64,000 nt of DNA from Octopus vulgaris (GCA_951406725.2 OX597814.1:124558001-124622000); one strand, 5' to 3'. Positions 41,331-55,978 are shown, counted from the stretch's first letter. A program made the numbers and translations. Notes: a model not told the origin generated them from the sequence alone.

Positions 41331-41494
41331 TTCTCTCCTTGTTTCTCTCTTTGTTTTTTTCTGTGTCCCTTTATGTAGAAGTGCGTAGGCTCGAAATGTA
41401 AAAGACTTTTTCTATTCCTGAGCGTTATACTAATACATCTGCTTGTTTTGTACACCACCTGTCTTCGTCGTTTGTTTATTTCGTAAACTCTCCC
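41331..41494 (+). mobile_element. Second copy of the (TA)n-flanked hammerhead element; decayed motif at 41369-41404
   Basis: CTTT-ATGTAGA-A-GTGC gtag GCTC-GAAA-TG-TA-AAAG; aligns with 36230-36405. Confidence 0.75.
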
Positions 41495-41505
41495 TATATA
41501 TCCAT

Positions 41506-41544
<39 letters not shown>

Positions 41545-41960
41545 AACATCCTTTAACTATACATACGTACATACACATACACACACATGCCCGCACACAT
41601 TCAGTTACCTTCAAGCAAGTTCTACTCACAAACCTTGGTCTCCCCTAATTTGTGCTAGAAGACACCTCCCCAAGGTAACGCAGAACGATGTGAATGTGTC
41701 GCAAACTTCTTAATAACTCAGCCATGCCAACGCCTTCAAATAATTTGAAGCTATTAAATCCTAAATTCATATTTTCAAAATTAATTAGTTGGAGGAGATC
41801 CTTCTAGGCATTTGAAATTAGTTTGGTTAAAGTCAGGCTTCACCCTTTTCATGAATTCGTATATTTTTATAATGCAAACTATCAGTTTTAAAGTGATCTA
41901 AAATGAAAGCCTTACACCAAAATTTCAGGTTAGTTTGTGTTCGAAAACCCATCTTACCAA

Positions 41961-42187
41961 TACTCTTTACTCTCTCTTTACACTTTTACTTGTTTCAGTC
42001 ATTTGACTGCGGCCATACTGGAGCACCGCCTTTAGTCGTGCAAATCGACCCCAGGACTTATTCTTTGTAAACCTAGTAACTATTCTATCGGTCTCTCATA
42101 CCGAAGCGCTATGTTACGGGGACGTAACCACACCAGCATCGGTTGTTAAGCGATGTTGGGGGGACAAACACAGACACACAAACATAT

Positions 42188-42281
<94 letters not shown>

Positions 42282-42445
42282 ACGACGGGCTTCTTTCAGT
42301 TTCCGTCTACCAAATCCACTCACAAGGCTTTGGTCAGCCCGAGGCTATAGTAGAAGACACTTGCCCAAGGTGGCATGCAGTGGGACTGAACCCGGAACCA
42401 TGCGGTTGGTAAGCGAGCTACTTACCAGAGAGCCACTCCTGCGCC
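41961..42445 (-). mobile_element. SINE family A, full length
   Basis: Aligns with 6465-6900; its 5'-terminal 14 nt are repeated at 42474-42487. Confidence 0.92.
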
Positions 42446-43322
42446 TCCGTGTGTGTGTATGTGTGTGCTATGGGCCACTCCTGCGCCTATAGCAAAGTTA
42501 TTTTACAAAATTCTTTATTATTTTCGAAATTAATAAAAACATATATTTTCATAGCCTGTTGTCCGTGAAAAATAGGTAAAATGAGAGGTTTGATATTCCG
42601 GAGAAATTGTTGGTGTATGAACTTTAGTGAAAGGCAAGGCAGAATGGGTGATTACACTGAAAAGCATGGATTGCCAGCTTGTACTCAGGGAATAGCTGGT
42701 ACTATGCAGTTAGCCAGCTCTGAAGAGAAGACAATTATAGTTACTGCAGAATAGGCAACACAAAAAGACATCGACTGTATGAGATGGAGACTGGAGTCTC
42801 TTTCAAGTAAATCTTTGCCTTTCGGCCAAATGACTTGTTTTGGGATCACATCTAGCGTATAGTAGGTTGCATAATTTCTCTTAAATTAATATTATCAAGA
42901 GTGCAATGGTGGTAGATTAGTTCTAGATATTTATACACGCGCACATATACATACAAATACACGTATTTAACTATGAAAGCACATATAGCTTTTACTAAAC
43001 TGAGCAGGAATGGAAGCCAAATAGGTCAACATTTCCATTCTTTGACTGTCAAACCCGCATGTTATCTTTCGAGGTTAAAACCTGAAAATTATTTTATAGA
43101 AATACTAGAGATGTATTCTTATATAGAATTAATAAAACTGACGAGCTTACTTCTTGCTGCAGTTATTGTATTCTGCTACCTTTGTACTGCGGTTGGCATT
43201 ATAGAGATTACACATTTCGCAAAATATTTCTGCCAATTGGCAAATGTTAACATTTACAAAATACCCAACCCTTTATAGTTTAGAAAATGAAGACATAGAC
43301 ACATCGTATGTGTGTGTGTGTC

Positions 43323-43393
<71 letters not shown>

Positions 43394-43602
43394 GTGTATA
43401 TATATATATGTATCTGTGTGTGTGTATGAATGTATATACATGTGTATGTATATATACATATATACACATATATACACACATACACACACATATATATACG
43501 TATATATATATATACGTGTGTGTATATGAATCTATACATATACACATATACACACATATATATACGTGTACATATATATATATATATGCACATATATATA
43601 CG

Positions 43603-43662
<60 letters not shown>

Positions 43663-44929
43663 GTATATATATATGTGTGTGTGTATGTGTGTGTGTGTGT
43701 ATGCATTGCGTGAGTGATTGTGTGTGAATATTGATATAAGACGTGCGTGGCATTAAGATACATAGAGTGTGTGTTTTCAATAAAGACACAGTTTAAACTT
43801 AGCTTTGCAAAGTTTATATTGTAGTTCTGTCATGTTTCACTCTCAGCGGCCAGGAGAGATTTTAAAGTTAATCGACTTGGTTAGTTTTAGCATTTATTTC
43901 TGATTCATCAGAGATCGCTTCCTCATTTTACTGACCAAGAGAAAATAGGAGTTTATATCTACCATCTCGGTCAGAACTAAGCAGATCTGCATTAATTTGC
44001 ATAAAGTGGAATCGTTGTCAAGGTCAATGAAGGAGCGAACATTTAACTACACGAGTTTAGGATACAGATGTGTGTTTTCTGTAGACACATGATTTTAATC
44101 CAGCTGCGAAAGATAGTAGCAAGTAGTTAAACGATAAAATTTCTCTCTCTGGCCAAGTAAAGAAGTTCAACCAATTTAATTTCAGTGTATATTAATTACA
44201 TCATCAACAATCAGTTGACTCATTTTTCCTGACCGCAGACAGAATAGTAGCGTATACCATATTTTAATTATCTTTTTGGGAGTCACTCACGACAAAATAG
44301 CAAGAAACCATCTGAGACAGTTAAAGTATTGAGAGTTACAGGAGGAAAGGACAGAAATCTAACGAGAAGAATATAACACGATCAATGCAAGATTTTAAAG
44401 AATTGACATGATATTTATCTGACGAACAAAAAGAATTAGAGTTCGATGAGACATGTTAAAGAAACTATTAAAGCAGAATCACTTCTTACAAGAGGAAGAC
44501 AGTAACAGTAAAAATATGACAAATAGAGGAAAGAGAATTCATACGCTTAGTAACTTCAGGAAGATATACAAAACTTAGTTCGGCGAGACAATGACCATGG
44601 AAGTTTGTATAGAATAGAGCTACAGGAACGATGTTTTAGCTCTGTTACCCATCTCACTGTCGGTTCAATCTCTGCTTTGGCTATTATGTATCTCCCAGGC
44701 AAACATCGATTAGTCTGCTTCGTTTAAACTATCAAACTGTGGTTAGACGCTACGCATACGCCAGAGCTGACTAGAGAATGGTAAGTGTATTTCCCTTTGC
44801 AAAAATGTTTCTTCCTGTAAGTTATATGCAAATATTCAAATATTCGATAGAACATTCCAGCTGAGCCGTCAGAAGAAAATCAATGGGAAACATTGATGTA
44901 GATTATAGAAGTAAAATTCTCTTCACAAA

Positions 44930-46090
44930 TAAATGGTTGTAGAGACAGAAGCTACCTGTAGACATATCTAGAAGTAAAAAGAGCATCTTGATGTAAATAG
45001 AACATCAAGGTATAGTGAGATCTAGTAGTTCAGAGATCTGGTTGTAGATAGGAAATAACTCAAGGAGGAAATGTAGTTGTGGACAGGGTGTGTTACTGTA
45101 GACAGAGCATGTAGTGGTAGATAGGGCCTGTTGCTGTAGTTAGGGCATATAGCTGTAGAGAAAGCATACAACTAGTATAGTTTTTTTTACAAGACATAGC
45201 TGTAGACACGAAATGTAGCTATGGACAGGGCATGACGCTGTAGACAGAGCGTGTAGCCATAGACTGAACATCTAGTCGTGGACAGTGTATGTGGCAGTAA
45301 ACAGCATTATCTGTAGAAAGAATATAGCTGTAGATTGAACATGTAGCTATCGTCAGGCCGTCTAGCTGTAGACAGAGCATTTAGCTGTGGACAGGATATT
45401 CATCTGTAGACAGAACTTGTAGTTGTAGATAATACATGTAAAGAAGACATGTTGGACTGTTAACAACACACTTGGCAACTAGCTATATATTTCTTTACTG
45501 CCCACAAGGGGCTAAACATAGAGGGGACAAACTAAGACAAACAAAGAGATTAAGTCGATTACATCGACCCCAGTGTGAGACTGGTACTTTATTTATCGAC
45601 CCCGAAAGGATGAAAGGCAAAGTCGACCTCGGCGGAATTTGAACTCACAACGTAACGACAGACGAAATACGGCTACGCATTTCGCCCGGCGTGCTAGCGT
45701 TTCTACCAGCCAACCGCCCTCTAGGCAACTAGCTATAGATAGGGCGTCTCGTTTTAGATGTAACAAGTAGCTGTGGATAAAAGGTCTTGCTTTAAAAATT
45801 ATATTGCTATTGATAAAACCTGAAGTTGTTGACAACGCATCCAGCTGTATATAGGACACCCATCAAGAAATGAGGTCAATTAGCTGCCGATGGGATATGC
45901 ACATGTAGATAGGCCAGGTGGTCGTAGATATGGCAAACAGTTCTGTAGAGGGTATGTAGCAGTAGACAGAACATCTGGCCGTTGACGGAGCAGCTATGTA
46001 TAAATATAGCAGGCATTTATAGAGAGAGATCGCAGTTGTGGACACAGGGTATCTAGATGTAAATAGATCGTATACATATGTAGACTGAGT
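44930..46090. repeat. Degenerate 19-bp minisatellite (GTAGCTGTAGACAGAGCAT)n
   Basis: TGTAGA/TGTGGA recurs every ~19 nt; interrupted by SINE C. Confidence 0.85.
45488..45718 (-). mobile_element. SINE family C monomer with 14-bp TSD
   Basis: GGCAACTAGCTATA at 45474-45487 and 45724-45737. Confidence 0.92.
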
Positions 46091-46273
46091 ATGTAATATA
46101 CAGTTTAGTAATTTACACAGTTTAAATTTACCAGTCTTTTCTCATAAACGATGTGCATGGCATTTGAATTCAACACTTGAATGTGTAGATAGAGGTTGAC
46201 ACATGTCTCTTGTCGGTCGCGATACATGTTAGCCCCAAGGTAAGGTCTTGTATTGATTTCTATCTATAGGAAT

Positions 46274-46324
46274 ATTCCCCTGACGACATGAATGGGTCCC
46301 TAACGTCGAAATTGCAATGGGAAT
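46274..46324 (+). ncRNA. Hammerhead relic with canonical core
   Basis: Stem I ATTCCC/GGGAAT; CTGACGA; GAAA; palindrome ATTGCAAT; stem II closure and the H17 nucleotide are damaged. Confidence 0.6.
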
Positions 46325-46570
46325 TTACCAGTTATTTTTAAGTTGTGGATTCTATTTGCCATGTCGCCCGCAGACAGCTTTTATCGTGAAGAATAATAAT
46401 ATGAGTGATACAAATGGCTTTATGGCAGTTTTGACTGCTATTTCTAAACATGTAAGGGTTTTGAAACCCTCTTACTTATAATTGTGACTTATTCATAGTT
46501 ATAAACATTCTTCTTGTATGTATTTTATGATAACATGTTTGGCCATTGATATATTCATAAATAATTATTA

Positions 46571-46762
46571 ATTCTGTTGTGTCTGGGGAGAGTCATTTTC
46601 TTTTTGTGCCTTATAATTTAACACACTCATCGGTAAAATTTCCACTTATTTCTTATTTTTATTTTCTCAAAATTTTCGTTGCGTCTTGCAACCTTTTGAA
46701 TAGTCTTCACTCTTTTGAGAATCAAGACTATTGAAAATGACTCTCACCAGACACAACAGAAT
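46571..46762. mobile_element. Head-to-head pair of the 11305-11440 element (one full on minus, one internally deleted on plus)
   Basis: 30-bp inverted ends ATTCTGTTGTGTCTGGGGAGAGTCATTTTC / GAAAATGACTCTCACCAGACACAACAGAAT; minus hammerhead 46667-46703 has G5C. Confidence 0.8.
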
Positions 46763-46874
46763 ATGTTACAACACACGAACTCACATAAAGAATCTTGCAA
46801 ACCAAATCCAAAAACGAAATATAATTAATTGTTTATAATATATCCTCCCTAATGTGTCATTACATTACTTTTTC

Positions 46875-46923
<49 letters not shown>

Positions 46924-46949
46924 TTCAATGCCCTAACCCTATACACCCT

Positions 46950-47370
46950 TTTGTAAAAAGCTCAATGGAGATGAGCAGGGCATGTCAGTCGCATACCAGC
47001 CCACAGCATTGCAAAGCAGATTCACACTGGTAAACCCTGTCAGCGAAAGCACGTTGTTGATAAGTATGTTTGTGAGTGTATGTGCATGTGGGTGGGTTGA
47101 GGTGCGGTGTTGAAGTGGTTCAAGAACTGCCTTAAAGTATCCCCGAAAGTTATTGCGGTTGACTTCTGAGAGCTGCTTCAATCAAAACTGAAACAGCTGG
47201 GACACTATGATTCATAGTGGTGCCCAAAACGTTGAAACTAAAGGAACTGCACATTCTGAGAAACATTAAACCACAAAGATTAAACAATGGTCTCAAGTGC
47301 TGCACTTTACTACACATGCTCTACATTTGGGAACGGTTTCCTTGCTCGGATAGGACCAGTTCTGACTGGT
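46950..47370 (+). mobile_element. Decayed RTE-type LINE 3' ORF fragment
   Basis: KWFKNCLKVS...SWDTMIHSGAQNVE...ERFPCSDR resembles RTE C-termini. Confidence 0.5.
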
Positions 47371-47549
47371 CCTCTAATGTAACCCTAGAAACCTTATGTA
47401 TGAAAGGGGAAAAATAAATATAAATGCGAGATGCTCACCACTGGGGCACCTTTAGCCATCCGTCTGAGTGATCAGTGCTAACCCAGTGGGGTTAAACGGC
47501 GAATAGCAAAAGCATGAACAACAACGGTCAATCAAAATCAGAAAAAAAC

Positions 47550-47670
47550 CCAGACCAGACCAATCAAAACCAGTCTAGACTTGACCAGACCAGATCAGAC
47601 CAGATCAGATCCAATCAGACCGGACCAGACCATTACAGACCAGGTCAGACATGGTCAGGTCAGGTCAGAG
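47550..47670. repeat. (CCAGA/TCAGA)n pentanucleotide repeat
   Basis: Direct reading. Confidence 0.9.
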
Positions 47671-47802
47671 TAGAACAGATATCCAAGTGAATCCTGAGTA
47701 ATAGTCATGGTTAAAAACGAAGGACGAATAACAGAGCGCCAGAAAAAGAAAATAACATTGTGGTAGTTTGTTGCTGTCTTTTATGAGTTCAAAATCTTGC
47801 CA

Positions 47803-48194
47803 GAGCTAGCTGAAACGTTAGCGCGCCGAGAGAAATGCTTAGCGGTATTTTGCCTGCCGCTACGTTCTGAGTTCAAATTCCGCCGAGGTCGACTTTGCCT
47901 TTCATTCTTTCGGGGTCGATTAAATAAGTACCAGTTACGCACTGGGGTCGATAAAATCGACTTAATCCGTTTGTCTGTCCTTGTTAGTCCTCTCTGTGTT
48001 TAGCCCCTTGTGGGTATTTCGTCTGCCGTTACGTTGTGAGTTCAAATTCCGCCGAGGTCGACTTTGTCTTTCATCCTTTCAGGGTCGATAAATTAAGTAC
48101 CAGTTACGCTCTGGGGTCAGTGTTATCGACTTAATCTCTTTGTGTCCTTGTTTATCCCTTCTATGTTTAGCCCCTTGTGGGCAATAAAGAAATA
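47803..48194 (+). mobile_element. SINE family C tandem dimer
   Basis: The second body restarts at GTATTTCGTCTGCC (48014). Confidence 0.9.
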
Positions 48195-48595
48195 AGTTTG
48201 TTAACATTATTTAGCCCTAGGTCATCCTGGACAATTAAATCTATGATCGAAGCTATTCTAGCTGTGTCCATTCCGTTCTCTAGAAATATGCAGAACTACG
48301 TTATCTAATAAGACTTTTTCTTGAGAGAGTAGGATACCATTTGAGAATGATTTCAATGCAATTTCAGCGATTATGTCGCAGCTCTTTCATTAGCTCGTTT
48401 AGGCGGGTAGAGCTATCTAAAGATGGCGACAGAAGACGTAAAGTGAGATAAAAAACAAGCACCAGTTCAGTTGTAGCATTAATATAAAACAACTGTTGCC
48501 TCACACAAAAATTTGTAGTCATGTTTGGATCCAATAAAATATTACACATCAAATAAGATTCGCAAATAAAAGGATCGTATAACGAGCTAACAATG

Positions 48596-48839
48596 GAGCC
48601 TCTTTATGGTCGCTTGCCTTGCAAGAAATAACAGTCGAATTTCTCTTAAATCATGCTTTTACGTTTAAAAATATATGTCGGTAATGTAACCCTAGAAACA
48701 TTATGTATGAAAAAGGGGAAAAATAAGCATCAATACGAGATGCTCACCACTGGGGCACCTTAAGCCAACCGTCTGAGGGATCAGTGCTAACCCAGTGGGG
48801 TTAAACGGCGAATAGCAAAAGCATGAACAACAGCGGTCA
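48596..48839 (+). mobile_element. Further SINE-like family E; its 3' 155 bp are duplicated at 47375-47530
   Basis: AGAAATA(G/A)CAG(C/T)C motif shared with 14535-14680, 28465-28640(-), 48205-48400(-) and 56095-56280. Confidence 0.55.
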
Positions 48840-49094
48840 TATTTTACAGAAACCACTTCTAAAATGTCAAATAATTGTTGATATAAATTTAAAGGAGACT
48901 TGCCGAATTGAATGAAATGGAGAATTCTAAAAGATCTCATTGAGAATGTGTGATTTCTATGGTTTAATCATCATCAGTGTTCACAACATCGCGGCATCAC
49001 ACTTCACTAAACTGTCAATACACGGAACCAAGAACAAACATTGAGAATCTCGGCTAAAATTTCTGAGGATTGTTGACTCTTTTAAGCTAGTAAT

Positions 49095-50480
<1,386 letters not shown>

Positions 50481-50563
50481 ACATATCTGTCAGTTCTTGG
50501 TTTAATTAATATTCTATACAACAAGTCAATGTTTATTTAGCTTGACCAAATTGATTTGCTCAC

Positions 50564-50641
50564 CTCATTTGCCATCTTCAACTCAGCAATATCTCTCTCC
50601 AGTCCACTAATTATCAATTCTTTGATAGGGTATTCTTGATG
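50564..50641 (-). CDS. C20orf96: Internal exon of a C20orf96/DUF4618-like protein (HQEYPIKELIISGLERDIAELKMANE)
   Basis: 78 bp, phase 0-0, acceptor TTTCCTTTACCATTCCAG, donor GTGAGC; EYxIKxxxISxLxRxxxxxK matches the C20orf96 motif as recalled. Confidence 0.7.
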
Positions 50642-51096
50642 CTGGAATGGTAAAGGAAATCTGAGCAATATTCTGCAGATCAAGTCAATAAAATGCTTTT
50701 GTCTGTCTTCACATTCAGTGTGGAAGACTTATTGCAACGAGTTCAAAGTAAACACTACACTTGGCACACTGTTCATATATATATAAGATGAGGTAATAGT
50801 GAGCTGTAGTTGCGCACACATACATAGTTACGTACATACATACATACATACATACATACATACATACATACATACATACATGCATACATATATACATACA
50901 TACATACATACATATATGTATACATACATACATACGTACATACATACATACATACATACATACATACATACATACATACATACAAATATGTATACAGTTT
51001 CATAGGTACACATACTATGTTCATATTCATACACACCCACACATATATGTATGTATGTAAAATACCTACATATGTATATACATACATGTATATATG

Positions 51097-51127
<31 letters not shown>

Positions 51128-51172
51128 GTATATGTATATATATATGTGTGTGTAAATGTATATATACACATG

Positions 51173-51253
<81 letters not shown>

Positions 51254-51366
51254 TGAACACATATCGCAAGTTGTATAATTTATCTTCATGATGACAATTT
51301 GAATGGACAAACACACAAGCTTATATGAATATGCACATGAATGGAAGTCTACACACACACACACAC

Positions 51367-51402
<36 letters not shown>

Positions 51403-51762
51403 ACACGTACACACGTACTAGTACGTATACATTTACTTAAATGGTGCACAGAGATGGAGCATTTATAGATATCTTTAAAGATTTAATAGAATTTTAGAAT
51501 ATTAAAACTTCGAAGTTATTTTTCTTTTACGTCACAATAAACACATACATATACACACATCTACACACATCTACACACATCTACACACATAGAATGACAA
51601 AAATACACATGGAAATTTATACTGTCACACTTAGCCATCTATTTATGCATATTTAAATATACAGAAATGCATACGAGCACATATGTATATGTGCAAATGC
51701 ATGCATACACACATGCAGCTACACACACATACAGATTATGAATGTGAGTGTATGTATATATC

Positions 51763-51829
<67 letters not shown>

Positions 51830-51901
51830 ATCTGCCTGTCTGCCTGTCTGTCTGTCTGTCTGTCTATCTATTCATCTATCTATCTATCTGTCTACCAATC
51901 A

Positions 51902-51969
<68 letters not shown>

Positions 51970-52584
51970 GTCTGTCTGTCTGTCTGTCTCTTTCTCTCTC
52001 TCTCTCTGTTTATCTATCTATTGGCACTTTATGATTTAGTATTTTGTATAAATGTTACACACACACACACACAGAATCGCACATACATACACACATACTT
52101 AAATCTGAATTAGATCAATACGGCAATTTAAGAACTGGCCTAGATGCGTTACAAACTCTAGTTTGTATTCTCATAGCACTGAGTTCAAATCCCGGTAAGA
52201 TTGCTTTTGGCTTTTCTTACTTTGATGTTGCCAGAATTTTGTATCCGAAATATACTTGCTATGAGACATTTACTTATAATGTCCTTCCTCTCTTATAGGA
52301 CATTAATATGACAAAATATCGATATTTCTATATCGCATTCAGATATCAGTTCCTTGATATCTTTTTCTTGGTGTATCGGCACCATGTGGTGTATAATAAT
52401 AGGTATTTATATCCTATGGTATAAAAAAGTTAGCGCCTACATATAGTGATATACAGGAGTAAATGTGTGCATCATATGGTTTATAGTAATAGTTGTCTAG
52501 AATATTTGATGCAGAGTAGTAGTAAATCTATACTTCATACGGTGATATTAATGAGAGAACATTATATGGCTTAGATTAATACGA

Positions 52585-52674
<90 letters not shown>

Positions 52675-53119
52675 ATGTGTGTGTGTGTCTGTGTGTGTGA
52701 GTGAGAAACTATGGTTGGATATATATATATACATATATACACACAAACATATATAGGTCTGGTATATAAATGTATGAATATATATATATTCTACTGAAAA
52801 ATAGAGGAATTCTCGAACGTAGGACGATTGTGTAAGCAGATTTCAAAATCGGATAAAGAACCTTAGATGGCAGAAAATAGTGGCCAACAAGCTTCTGCAA
52901 AGGCTCGAACTCTGTACCTCTCAGATATTTACACATATGCATCCATCCATCCATCCATCCATATATATATATATATATATACATACATACACACACACAC
53001 ACACACGCACACACACATACACAGACACACACACAGACACACACACAGACACACACACAGACACACACACAGACACTCACACACACACATACACACACAC
53101 ACACACACATATATAGGGT

Positions 53120-53400
53120 GTGAAGGTGCATGGCTTAGTGGTTAGAGTGTTGCACTCACGATTGCGAAATCGTGTGTTCGATTCCGAGACCGAGTGTTGC
53201 ATTGTGTTCTTGAGCAAAGCACTTCATTTCACGTTGCTCTGCGATCATTTCGACATCGGACATGTGGCACTCAGTTGCACCTGTACAGGTAATCTCAATT
53301 TGATGGTGGAAGTAGGCTTATGTGTACATCAACATTTGATCATTATAAACAAATCATCTGTGTGGTTGTTCGGTAAGAAATTGTCGAACCCTGATACGCC
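53120..53400 (+). mobile_element. SINE with family B head and a different 3' body
   Basis: GTGAAGGTGCATGGCTTAGTGGTTAGAGTG...GTTCGATTCC...TGTGTTCTTGAGCAAAGCACTT. Confidence 0.8.
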
Positions 53401-53599
53401 GAGTAATAAATGGACCTAATCACTCAAGTTACTTCGCAGCTGTTTTCACTTTCCCACAGAGAGAGATATACAAATAAATAAAGACTTATGAATTATTCAA
53501 TACCGCAGATTTACAAAGGGAAGAGCTAACCGTCAATTATATCGATATAAAAGATATGTAACATAAGCAGTCAATGAGATGAATTAGAACTCAGCAACG

Positions 53600-54925
53600 C
53601 ACCCTGATGGGTATCCAGCAATCCTTTTAAAGACACGCAAAAATGATTTGGCAAAAGCATGCAGATACTTTTCCAGAAATTCTCTGCTTGTGGCAAACTG
53701 CCGAAAAGGTTAAAGAAGTACTGTCTGACTTATTCATAAAGAAAGATACTAAGCATGAATCTCTCTGATCTCACGCGTAATCAAAGTTACAGGGCGCTTT
53801 GTACGAAGGTAGCTGACCACTTTCTTATGAAAAAATGACTTGGTCACTGACACACAGTTCGGCTTTTGCCCAGAAAGGAGCTACCCCACACAGCTACTAC
53901 AGCATTAAGACTGAACACTGAAACAATAGCCCAAGCAATTAAATGTGGATGTGATATACTACGACTTTGGGAAAGCTTTCAATAAAGTTGATCATTGAAT
54001 GATATGTCACGAAAGGGCATTAGCTCGGCATAGTTAGAAAACTAGGGGAGTTGCAGCCCAAAACTCTCTCTGCAAGAAAACATCAATTCTAAGCGGAATC
54101 CCTCAGGAAACCGTACTGGGACTACTACCGTTTGTGGTAGTTCTCTTAGACACGCTATTAATCATACTGTCAGCTACTCTCAACAGTTACGCTGATGATA
54201 CAAAATTATCACAGCCAGTCAAGAATCAGATGATAACGTAAAACTACAGAAAGATCTGAATACAATATGCATGCAGTTCAATGTTGAAAAAAATTTTTTT
54301 AATGCTCAGCTATCAAAGCACAAATAGATGGCACTCATAATGCACAGGACCCAGGGGTTATTGCCATCTCGGATTCACAATCAGTGCTATTTCTGGGAAT
54401 CTACGTAGGCAATGATGCATCATTCCGTGCGCATATTACTAAGATAGCAACAGTGCGCAAGCGGCTAGATGGTTGGATTCTGAGACCTTTCAGAACAAGG
54501 AAAAAAACAAACCATGTTGGTCCTCTGAAGAATATTTATGCTCAGTGGTGAAGGCGCGTTGTTTAGTGGTTAGAGTATTGGGCTTACAGTCGTAAGGTCG
54601 TGAGTTCGATTCCAGGCAGCGGGTTGTGTCCTTTACCGAGACACTTTATTTCACGTTACTTCAGTTAACTCAGCTGGCAAAAACGTGTTGTACCTGTATT
54701 TCAAAGGACCAGCCTTATCCCGTCCTGTATCACGCCGAATCTCCCTGAGAACTACTATAAGGGCACGCGTGTCAGTCAAGTGCTCAGCCACCTGTACGTT
54801 AATTTTACGAGCAGGCTGTTCCAGAGATCGGATCAACTGGGACCCTCGCCGTCGTAACCAGCGGCGTGCCAGTTATTTCCTTTCGTTCTCAGTCTACTAC
54901 TCCCAATTATGTTCGTCACATAAGA
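53600..54925 (+). mobile_element. Decayed CR1-like LINE RT, interrupted by SINE B
   Basis: TQFGFCPERSYPTQLL, NVDVIYYDFGKAFNKVDH, SGIPQETVLGLLPF, SYADDTKL, GWILRTF; resumes YYSQLCS after 54893. Confidence 0.88.
54547..54887 (+). mobile_element. SINE family B, full length, 6-bp TSD CTCAGT
   Basis: B-box GAGTTCGATTCC; CTCAGT at 54541-54546 and 54888-54893. Confidence 0.88.
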
Positions 54926-55135
54926 TGTAAGGCAATGTCATACAGAGTAAGGCTGTGTCACATGGTGTATAGTGATGTTATATGTTGTAGGGCAGTATCA
55001 TATGTTAAGTTGCAATGTCATATGGTATAGGCCGATATCATATGGTGTAAGGTAAGGTCAGATATGTGTAGTGTGCCAAGTTATGTCACACGTTGTAAGG
55101 CAGTGTTATATGAGGTAGAGAAATGTTATATGATG
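54926..55135. repeat. Degenerate ~20-bp minisatellite (GTAAGGCAATGTCATATGGT)n
   Basis: About 10 diverged units. Confidence 0.8.
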
Positions 55136-55918
55136 TTTGCAGCACTATATAGGCCTCCTAAATATTTTTATTTCAAAACAAATATTTGCATAATTTATAC
55201 CCAGTTCAAATAAAGCCTGTTTTATGCGATGATACTATCTAGCATATCAATAAACCCATAAATAGATGTAGTTCTACCATGTAATATTAAACACCAAGCC
55301 CTAACCCATATAAATATCAACCATTCTTCTGATCTTTTATTACCAATCTCACGTCATCTATTAACAGCAAACATAAATAGTTTCACTTCTTATTAAATTT
55401 ATCAGAGACACCCTTAAGGCTAGGCTTGATTCTTAGCATTTAGCTAACCTGACTGGACAGCATTGTGGTTATTCTTATACAGCCATAGAACAACCACACT
55501 GGAATATACAGACGCGTATACATATACACACATAGGCACACACGCACACACGTATATTTATAATAGTACATATACGTACATATATGCATATAAATATACA
55601 CATAATATATATATATATATTTATATATATTCACACTCATAAATGTATATCTGTCTATCTATCTCTATATGTGTGTGTTAGTGTATGCGTGTGTGTGTGT
55701 GTTTATGTGTGTGTTTGCGTGAGCGTGTGTGTTTAGTTTCGATTTTCTAGCGTATTGAGTACTCACTCAATACGCAAGAAAGAGTACTTATTACTCGAGT
55801 AGAGTTTAATAACATTCTTTTATATTTTTGGTCGTGCCAGTCACTTACATATAATAATAATAATTATAAGTATTAATATTTAGCGTTTAGTATAAGCAAT
55901 AGAGTAACTCATGGTCTG

Positions 55919-55978
55919 AGAATTTCGTGCGTTGGCACTTATCAAACTAGCTTGATAAGTGCCAACACATGAAACTCT
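55919..55978. ncRNA. Head-to-head inverted pair of U3-A8 hammerhead cores
   Basis: Minus arm TTGATAA-GTGC caac GCAC-GAAA-TTC-TC; plus arm TTGATAA-GTGCCAACACAT-GAAA-CTC-TT; 6-nt spacer ACTAGC. Confidence 0.65.

Noticed and set aside
44640-44780. Plus-strand exon with a strong GTAAGT donor
   Set aside because: Stops in all three frames
44930-46090. CRISPR array
   Set aside because: Eukaryotic context, no unique spacers and no cas genes
55745-55781. Hairpin GCGTATTGAGT/ACTCAATACGC (and a similar one at 56506-56534)
   Set aside because: Short isolated hairpins with no assignable function
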